Shown here piece by piece: positions 8,376 to 13,961 of a stretch of DNA of 13,961 nucleotides. Positions within the stretch are counted from its first letter, which is position 1. Every line of letters starts with the position of its first letter. Position numbers and translations under genes: made by a program. The stretch lies in the NCBI GenBank assembly GCA_041577295.1, contig JBFGJG010000074.1:1-13961 (forward strand). Direction: 5' to 3'. The notes beneath the pieces were generated by a model. The model did no database searches. It saw only the letters and a list, made by a program, of their open reading frames with translations, and was not told the origin of the DNA. The DNA is from Gemmatimonadales bacterium (GTDB lineage Bacteria; Gemmatimonadota; Gemmatimonadetes; Gemmatimonadales; GWC2-71-9).

Positions 8376-9557
8376 TCAGTCTCTCACTCCCACGACCTCC
8401 GTCACCTGGACCAGCCTTTTCTCCACCAAGTCCTCGACGAACTTCATGAGGTCACCACGCAGTTGGGAGGGGTCCACGTCGTACCGATGCGCAATGGAGG
8501 CCAACACCTCGCCGGGGCGGCCGAGCGTCGTTATGCCCTTCCACATGTCAGCGGCGACACCGCTCAAGGCGAACGTCTCGCGGCTGTCCACGTTGGCGAT
8601 GAGCACCTCATCATCCAGCTCACCGTAGAGCACGTGCTCTGCTGGCCGCAGCGGGCCCGGGCCGAGGGGCTGAATCTGCAGCCGGTCGGGCCCAATCCCT
8701 GGGGCGGACCGGTTCTTCAGGCACAATTCTGGGGGCACCAACCGCCACCCCGGTTCCTCCTGGCCGGTCACCGGGTTCCATATACCGACGTCTGGTTCGC
8801 TCCAGGGGAAGCAAACGTGTTCGGTGAGACCCACCCAGTACGCTTCCGGCGAGCGCGTGAGCCATCGCTCGCGCCATCCGGCGTAGTCTTCTCCCAGCTG
8901 GTCGGGCGCGTGATCGTGCAAGTCTTGGGCACTCACGCAGTCCAGGACCCTCGGCTCCATCTTCTGGATGGTGCTGCGGAGGTCGGGATGGGACCACAGG
9001 TGTGCGAAGATGATCTCGCGACTGGGACAGTCACGGAGAAATTGCCGCAGGCGGATACCGGTAAGCGCACAGTCATCGACGACGACGAGGGTGTCGTTCA
9101 CTGGATGGGGGAAGTTCAGGCGCTCGCGCTCCACGTTCAGCGCATAGGCCAACATGCCCATTACGAAATACCCTCCACGGGGGAGGGCCATGAAGCGGAA
9201 GCGCGAGACGGTGTCCTGCCCGAAACGCGCTATCAGTTGTTGCGCGACGCGGCTCGCTGCCTTTTCCGCCTGACGGTAGTTGACGTACCGCAGGCGCGGG
9301 ACGACGTGTTCGATTTGCCAGCTGAGGGCGGCTAGACGGGACTGCGCCTCGGGGGTGAAGTAACCCAGCATTCCCATGAGGGGCCGCGGCGCTTGCCGCA
9401 CGACCAGGATGATGTCGTGCATGTCGTGCCACGCGGGGCTCGAGGCGAGGGCTCGCGCGAGCGCCACGGGACCGCTGGCTCGCCGGCCACCCTCGTCTAC
9501 GAACTCCAGGTGCCCGAGGTTACTCGGGAGGAGGTATACCTGTGGCTCCCGATCCAT
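8376..9557 (-). CDS. Type I phosphoribosyltransferase fused to a C-terminal PqqD/RiPP recognition element (RRE), about 393 aa
   Basis: PRTase motifs: ALPRGG (PPi loop, about 9171-9188), LVVVDDCALTG (PRPP loop, about 9058-9090), VCFPWSE. The last 90 aa or so (about 8400-8654), HVLYGELDDEVLIANVDSRETFALSGVAADMW...IAHRYDVDPSQLRGDLMKFVEDLVEKRLV, are a typical PqqD/RRE pattern. ATG 9557 preferred over GTG 9701 because the extension is promoter-like DNA. Confidence 0.85.
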   Translation of the reverse strand: MDREPQVYLLPSNLGHLEFVDEGGRRASGPVALARALASSPAWHDMHDIILVVRQAPRPLMGMLGYFTPEAQSRLAALSWQIEHVVPRLRYVNYRQAEKAASRVAQQLIARFGQDTVSRFRFMALPRGGYFVMGMLAYALNVERERLNFPHPVNDTLVVVDDCALTGIRLRQFLRDCPSREIIFAHLWSHPDLRSTIQKMEPRVLDCVSAQDLHDHAPDQLGEDYAGWRERWLTRSPEAYWVGLTEHVCFPWSEPDVGIWNPVTGQEEPGWRLVPPELCLKNRSAPGIGPDRLQIQPLGPGPLRPAEHVLYGELDDEVLIANVDSRETFALSGVAADMWKGITTLGRPGEVLASIAHRYDVDPSQLRGDLMKFVEDLVEKRLVQVTEVVGVRD

Positions 9558-9606
9558 TTGGCTAAGATGTCGTCTCGAGACGGAAATGTCAGCTGACCAC
9601 GTACCG

Positions 9607-9652
9607 GTAACCAATTGCGAAATGCAAAGGTTATTCCCGTTGTAACCAGTTG
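9607..9652. repeat. 11-bp direct repeat GTAACCARTTG flanking a putative promoter
   Basis: GTAACCAATTG at 9607-9617 and GTAACCAGTTG at 9642-9652, with an inverted half-site GGTTAT at 9629-9634. Confidence 0.5.
9623..9639 (-). promoter_or_regulatory. Putative sigma54 -24/-12 promoter for the PRTase-RRE gene
   Basis: Minus strand CGGGAATAACCTTTGCA: GG(9637-9636)-N10-GC(9625-9624) with TTGCA, in the 227-bp intergenic gap upstream of ATG 9557. Confidence 0.4.
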
Positions 9653-9784
9653 TCCCATCACAGCGCGGTGACCCGATACGGCCGACGGTTGTCGCAGTCA
9701 CCCTGCAGCGAGCGAGCAGCTAGCGGCGCCGCAAACCACCCTTCGTAGGATGTACGCAACAGTCCTGTCGGGTATCTCTGCGAG

Positions 9785-11635
9785 TCACGTCCAGTGCTGG
9801 CGGAGCCACATCTCCAGCGTGAGAGGCCACCAGAAGTCGTGTCTCGGTGTTTTGCCGCTCAGGTATGACTCGTACACGTCCCGAACCGCGCCGGCGTGAA
9901 TAAAGCCGCGCGCTTCAGCCTGCGAATTGTGCAACAAATCGAATACGGTTTCGCGTTCTTTCGCTCGTAAGCCATGATCGAATAAAGCGTGGGGCTCGAT
10001 CTTTCCCGCCAGCGCGCGCGCGTCCTCGGGCATGATGCCACGCATGGCGCGGCGGGCAATCCCTTTGGGCGCGCGCACCTGTTGGACCACCCACTGCGGA
10101 ATAGCCAAGACGAATTCAACGAGCCGCCGGTCAGCCCAGGGCTCGGCGTAGACCAGGCCGTAGCGGGCGCACATCCGTTCATGATTTCGCGCTATCCGCA
10201 TCGCGGCGGGAGAGAAAATGCGATGGTAACGCTCGCGTGCCGGGTGGCCGCGCATTGGCGGACTTGGCAGTGACTGTTCCACGATTTCTCTCAGGTGAGT
10301 TCGATTGGTCCAGTCCCGGGGAAGCCACGGTGGCCAGCGGCACGTGCGGGCGTGTCGTACCGTTGGAGATGGGTCGGACCCCCGTGCGGTTGCAACGATC
10401 GGAGCGAGCAGCTGTCGCCGCAGCGCTGCCGCCGGTGATAGCCCGCTCCAGGTCCGATACGCTCGCAGTTCTGCCATGAGCTGAACCAACCGGCCGCGTC
10501 TCAAAAGACCAACCAAATCGAAAACCCAATCGCCAACCAGTTCGTCACCGCGATCTCCGGTAAGTAAGAGAGCGATCCCATCGGCCTGTGCCGCCGAGAA
10601 CGTTCGGTCCATCGACGGTTGAAATGGCCAAATGAAGGGTTCATCGGGATCCGGCCCGTGGGCTGGGTAGTCCTTGAGGGGCCACGCATCGTCGGCGGGA
10701 AGGTACCTCGCGTGTATACGATACCGATGCGCGATGCGGTCGCTGATGTGGCGTTCGTCGCCGCTTTGAAACTCTTCAAAAGCAAGCGAGTACACGCAGA
10801 GGCTTGCGGCGGAGTTCAGCTGTCCATTCTCGCGCATCCATCCAGCGGTCGCGGCGACACTCCCTGAATCCAACCCCCCGCTGAGGGAGATACCTGCGTG
10901 TGTCTGTCCTTCCAAACGCGAGCGGACCGCTGAAAGAAACACCTCTCTGAACTGCTCATCGTACTGGCCGAGATCTCGATAGCGAATACGCTTGCTGGGA
11001 TCGATGTCCCAGTATCGCCAGGTGCGGGTAGTCTGCGCCGTTGCCGAGAGCGCGTGTCCAGGGGGAAGCTGAGACACCCCATCGTAGAACGTCCAGGACG
11101 GTAATCCTTCGAAGCCCGCGAGATAGCAGGCGACTGCGGGTTCGTAGAGCGCCGGAGCGAAGTCGAGACCGGCGAGGATTTGCTGCACTTCGCTGGCGAA
11201 GAGCAAGAGATCAGGTGAGGCGTGATAGTACAGCGGGCGAAGGCCGAGCGCGTCACGCGCGGCGTAAACTGCTCGACGTCGTGCGTCGTAGCAGACGAGC
11301 GCAAAGTCGCCGAGCAGTTGCTCAGCTGTGCGATCGCCCCAACGTCGATAGGCGGCCAAGACCAGGGAGACGTCGGAGTCGTGCTCGCCAAGTTCACGCG
11401 TCAGCTCGTCGCGATTATCGAGCCGAACCTCCGCGACAACGGTTATTCCGGATTGCTCGTCGTGGAGTGGGTTGTTACCGGACGTGGGGCCGGAGGTGGA
11501 CTGGCCGGCGGTTGTGACGCCCGCTGCGGACCACGTCGCGGGTGACCCACGGTGCGGTGCGGCGTGAGACATGGCGTCCACGGCCGGGCCTGTATCGGCG
11601 CCATCCCATTTGACTGCTCCGCAGAGTCCACCCAT
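9785..11635 (-). CDS. Asparagine synthetase-like lasso peptide cyclase (C protein), copy 2, 616 aa
   Basis: N-terminus MGGLCG has no Cys2 nucleophile. RLDNRDEL, LLGDFALV, ARDALGLRPLYY, FASEVQQI, PP-loop SLSGGLDS, TGDRGDE, PWADRRLVEFVLAIP, KGIARRAMRGIMP, terminal LEMWLR. Co-oriented with the precursor and RRE gene. Confidence 0.88.
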   Translation of the reverse strand: MGGLCGAVKWDGADTGPAVDAMSHAAPHRGSPATWSAAGVTTAGQSTSGPTSGNNPLHDEQSGITVVAEVRLDNRDELTRELGEHDSDVSLVLAAYRRWGDRTAEQLLGDFALVCYDARRRAVYAARDALGLRPLYYHASPDLLLFASEVQQILAGLDFAPALYEPAVACYLAGFEGLPSWTFYDGVSQLPPGHALSATAQTTRTWRYWDIDPSKRIRYRDLGQYDEQFREVFLSAVRSRLEGQTHAGISLSGGLDSGSVAATAGWMRENGQLNSAASLCVYSLAFEEFQSGDERHISDRIAHRYRIHARYLPADDAWPLKDYPAHGPDPDEPFIWPFQPSMDRTFSAAQADGIALLLTGDRGDELVGDWVFDLVGLLRRGRLVQLMAELRAYRTWSGLSPAAALRRQLLAPIVATARGSDPSPTVRHARTCRWPPWLPRDWTNRTHLREIVEQSLPSPPMRGHPARERYHRIFSPAAMRIARNHERMCARYGLVYAEPWADRRLVEFVLAIPQWVVQQVRAPKGIARRAMRGIMPEDARALAGKIEPHALFDHGLRAKERETVFDLLHNSQAEARGFIHAGAVRDVYESYLSGKTPRHDFWWPLTLEMWLRQHWT

Positions 11636-11678
11636 CAGGCAGACAGCTGCCGGATTGGGTCATGGCGATCGCGGTTTC

Positions 11679-13529
11679 TCACGTTCCCCATTGGCGCAGC
11701 CACATTTCGACGGCAAGCGCCCACCAGAAGCACGGATGCTCCCGTTCACCGCGGCGTATTCCCTCGTAGTGTCGTGCGAGCTCGGTTGCGTCGATATAAC
11801 CTCTAGACGCCGCGTGCGAATTCTCGAGGAGGTCGTTCACAGTGTCGACCGACCACTCCTCCAATGCGCGCCGATAAAAGGGGTACGGCGATACCTTGCG
11901 GGCTCTTGCCAGCACCTCTTCCGGCATGATGTCCCGCATGGCCTCGCGGAGGATCATTTTGTTCTCAGCCCCCGGCGGACTGATCACGTGCTGCGGAGCG
12001 GCAAGGACAAACTCGGCGATTCGCCGGTCGCTCCACGGGTCCGCGAACTGAATTCCGTAGCGGGCGTAGGTTCGATTGGACCAGACCACGCCGCGCATGT
12101 GCAGCGGCTCGAACACGGCCTCGTATCGCTTCTGCCGGCCGTAGTCGTGGGTATACGGATTCAGACTGTCGGGTTCATCGAACGCTCCAGCCCACCGACG
12201 CACCGCATCGACGCGTATCCACGGTGGGTCGGAGCTGGCCGGTGCCTTTCTCCTCGGGCGCCGAATTCTTCGTGCGAGCGCCGTGGCAGCTGGACTCACG
12301 ACCTGGCTGGCGAGAACAACGGGCAACGACTCGTCAGTCCACCGCCGATGGGACCGTACTTCGGCCCACAGTTCCGTGAGCCGATTCCACCGCAACAGGG
12401 GCAGGTAGTTGAGTACCCAGCTGCCGACCATCAGATCTCCTCGATCCCCGCCGAGCATGACGTCAACACTATCGTCGCGAGCTGTCTGTAGTGCGCGTTC
12501 TATGATGGCCTGGTAGACACCGACGAACGGCTCATCCCGGTCGGGTCCGAAGAGTGGGTACTCGGCGAGTGGCCAGCTCTCGTCGGTCGGAACGTGGGTG
12601 ACCGGCAGGTCATAGTGAGAAACCAGCCGGTTGCTCACCGACCGCTCATCACACTCGGGAACACGGTCAAACGCCCAGCAGTAGGCGCGTATTCTCTTCG
12701 CTTCACCACGAGCGGCAAGGGCACCCGCCACTGACGCAACGCTTCCGGAATCCATTCCGCCGCTAAGAAGGACTCCTGGTGTGCTGTCAGGCGGCATGCG
12801 TGCGCGCACCGCGGTGCGGAAGCGATCGAGAAAGTCTTGGGCGTAATCGTCTCGCGTCGAGTGCACGATACGCCGTTGCGGATCGATCTCCCAATAACGG
12901 GTGACCTGTGTGCCGTTCGGTCCCGCGACGAGCACATGCCCGGGCAAGAGCTGCAGGATCCCTGAGTAACAGGTCCATTCGAGATTTGCAAAGTGTCCCC
13001 GAAGGTGCGCGAGGATGGCCGGTTCAAAGATGGATGGTGGGTTGCCGCACGCCGCCAGGACCTGCTTGATCTCGCTCGCGAACAGCATTCGCTTGGACTC
13101 CGCCATGTAGTACAGCGGCCGCATCCCCATCGCGTCTCGCGCGGCGAACAGGCTGTGGCGCTCGGTGTCGTAGAGGGCGAAGGCGAAGTCGCCCAGCAGG
13201 TAGGAGGCGCACTGCGTACCCCACTTGAGATAGGCGGCGAGAATGAGTCGCGCATCGGTGCGCTCGCCTGCCAATCGATCAAGCTCGGCCCCTAGAAGCC
13301 GGGCCAACTCGTCGCGGTTGTCGAGGCGCACGTCGGCGGCCAGCAGCAATCTCGATTCGCTCTGGGAGCCAGTGAACCGAGCCGGGTGAGACGACGCGAG
13401 GCCAATGCTCTTATGAACCACTGGCTCTGCATCGCCGCAGCGCCATGACGCAGCATCTGTCATGCGACCAAGGGCGTTCGCGTCGGTCGGGCTATCGTCC
13501 CACTGAACGATCCCGCAGAGTCCGCTCAC
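11679..13529 (-). CDS. Asparagine synthetase-like lasso peptide cyclase (C protein), copy 1, 616 aa
   Basis: GTG 13529 gives MSGLCGIV, which aligns with copy 2 and has no Cys2. RLDNRDEL, LLGDFAFALYD, ARDAMGMRPLYY, FASEIKQV, LSGGMDS, GGDRGD, PWSDRRIAEFVLA, KMILREAMRDIMP..RK, VEMWLR. The ORF-track start at 13574 falls inside the terminator hairpin. Confidence 0.9.
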   Translation of the reverse strand: MSGLCGIVQWDDSPTDANALGRMTDAASWRCGDAEPVVHKSIGLASSHPARFTGSQSESRLLLAADVRLDNRDELARLLGAELDRLAGERTDARLILAAYLKWGTQCASYLLGDFAFALYDTERHSLFAARDAMGMRPLYYMAESKRMLFASEIKQVLAACGNPPSIFEPAILAHLRGHFANLEWTCYSGILQLLPGHVLVAGPNGTQVTRYWEIDPQRRIVHSTRDDYAQDFLDRFRTAVRARMPPDSTPGVLLSGGMDSGSVASVAGALAARGEAKRIRAYCWAFDRVPECDERSVSNRLVSHYDLPVTHVPTDESWPLAEYPLFGPDRDEPFVGVYQAIIERALQTARDDSVDVMLGGDRGDLMVGSWVLNYLPLLRWNRLTELWAEVRSHRRWTDESLPVVLASQVVSPAATALARRIRRPRRKAPASSDPPWIRVDAVRRWAGAFDEPDSLNPYTHDYGRQKRYEAVFEPLHMRGVVWSNRTYARYGIQFADPWSDRRIAEFVLAAPQHVISPPGAENKMILREAMRDIMPEEVLARARKVSPYPFYRRALEEWSVDTVNDLLENSHAASRGYIDATELARHYEGIRRGEREHPCFWWALAVEMWLRQWGT

Positions 13530-13536
13530 CGAGGAC

Positions 13537-13575
13537 AAAAAAAGATGGTGGGCACTCCTGATAGGAATGCCCACC
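13537..13575 (-). terminator. Rho-independent terminator/attenuator between the precursor and first cyclase
   Basis: Minus strand GGTGGGCATTCCT-ATC-AGGAGTGCCCACC forms a 13-bp stem with one G-U pair, followed by ATC and T7 (A run at 13537-13543). Confidence 0.85.
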
Positions 13576-13602
13576 GCAGATTACGTTGTTGAACGGCTCC
13601 GA

Positions 13603-13752
13603 TCACTGGCCTTTGGACAACACGCTCCCACCTTTGGCATCTAACCCAGGGTATGTGTTCCCGGTGTTCGTGAGGTCGATGATTTTCCCCCACTCACGCA
13701 ATTCGGGCATGGTGTACGGCTTCTTCGTTGGCGTCGCCGATTGGTCGTTCAT
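13603..13752 (-). CDS. Lasso peptide precursor (A), 49 aa: MNDQSATPTKKPYTMPELREWGKIIDLTN-TGNTYPGLDAKGGSVLSKGQ
   Basis: The leader matches the lasso consensus YxxPxLxxxGxxxxxTx (YTMPELREWGKIIDLTN). Gly-rich core with Asp at position 9. Directly upstream of two cyclases and an RRE gene. ATG at 13752; predicted core at 13606-13665. Confidence 0.92.
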   Translation of the reverse strand: MNDQSATPTKKPYTMPELREWGKIIDLTNTGNTYPGLDAKGGSVLSKGQ

Positions 13753-13855
13753 AGGGCGGCTCGGTTTCCAAGATGATCGGTTTGAATTGGCGATTAACGT
13801 TGCCGCCGGGCCCAAACGATGTCAAGCTGGACCCCTCGGCGCTACGGCCACTAGC

Positions 13856-13872
13856 CGCATCTTTTGTGCCCA
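13856..13872 (-). promoter_or_regulatory. Putative sigma54 -24/-12 promoter for the lasso precursor
   Basis: Minus strand TGGGCACAAAAGATGCG: GGCAC at -24, GG(13870-13869)-N10-GC(13858-13857), about 105 nt upstream of ATG 13752. The -12 box is ATGC rather than TTGC. Confidence 0.45.
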
Positions 13873-13961
13873 CAAGCGTTTAGAGGTGCCATCCATGAGG
13901 GCTCCGGGGGTCACCCTCCGAGTCACCGTACCTAACCCATTGGCAGACTATGGGGTTGCAT

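Noticed and set aside
9558..9701. 48-aa N-terminal extension of the PRTase-RRE gene, or a hidden second precursor in the 9558-9784 gap
   Set aside because: The region is AT-richer with promoter-like and repeat elements, and I found no YxxPxL...T leader pattern in it.
11475..11663. Small ORF overlapping the cyclase 2 start (possible frameshift or cyclase fusion)
   Set aside because: Cyclase 1 has a normal C-terminus and stop, and cyclase 2 has its own ATG at the homologous position. No slippery site is evident.
9785..13529. Annotating the two AsnB homologues as glutamine-hydrolysing asparagine synthetases or EPS amidotransferases
   Set aside because: Both lack the N-terminal Cys2 nucleophile (MSGLCG, MGGLCG), and they are flanked by a lasso precursor and an RRE gene.
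13530..13574. N-terminal extension of cyclase 1 given by the ORF track
   Set aside because: It runs through the terminator hairpin and U-tract. GTG 13529 aligns with the start of the paralogue.
13753..13815. 70-aa version of the precursor
   Set aside because: It uses a TTG start and the extension is not leader-like. ATG 13752 gives a typical precursor length.
1..13961. CRISPR arrays, tRNA/rRNA genes, transposases or integrases
   Set aside because: I saw no regularly spaced repeats, structural RNA signatures or mobile-element ORFs.

Overview
GC-rich bacterial DNA with two convergent gene blocks that meet at about 8.3 kb. The + strand carries part of a Wzy-type capsule/exopolysaccharide locus: wza, wzc, a UDP-glucuronate 4-epimerase-like SDR, an uncharacterised protein with NDK-like and nucleotidyltransferase-like motifs, an acyl carrier protein and a fatty acyl-AMP ligase. 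The - strand carries an unusual lasso-peptide-type RiPP cluster. It has a 49-aa precursor (leader YxxPxLxxxGxxxxxTx; predicted 20-aa core TGNTYPGLDAKGGSVLSKGQ), an intrinsic terminator/attenuator, two tandem 616-aa AsnB-like lasso cyclases that lack the glutaminase Cys, and a type I phosphoribosyltransferase fused to a C-terminal PqqD/RRE domain. The PRTase-RRE fusion points to a possibly undescribed phosphoribosylated, doubly amidated lasso peptide. No leader peptidase or exporter lies in the window. Sigma54-like -24/-12 elements precede genes in both blocks. All calls come from motif recognition by eye; no database searches were run.
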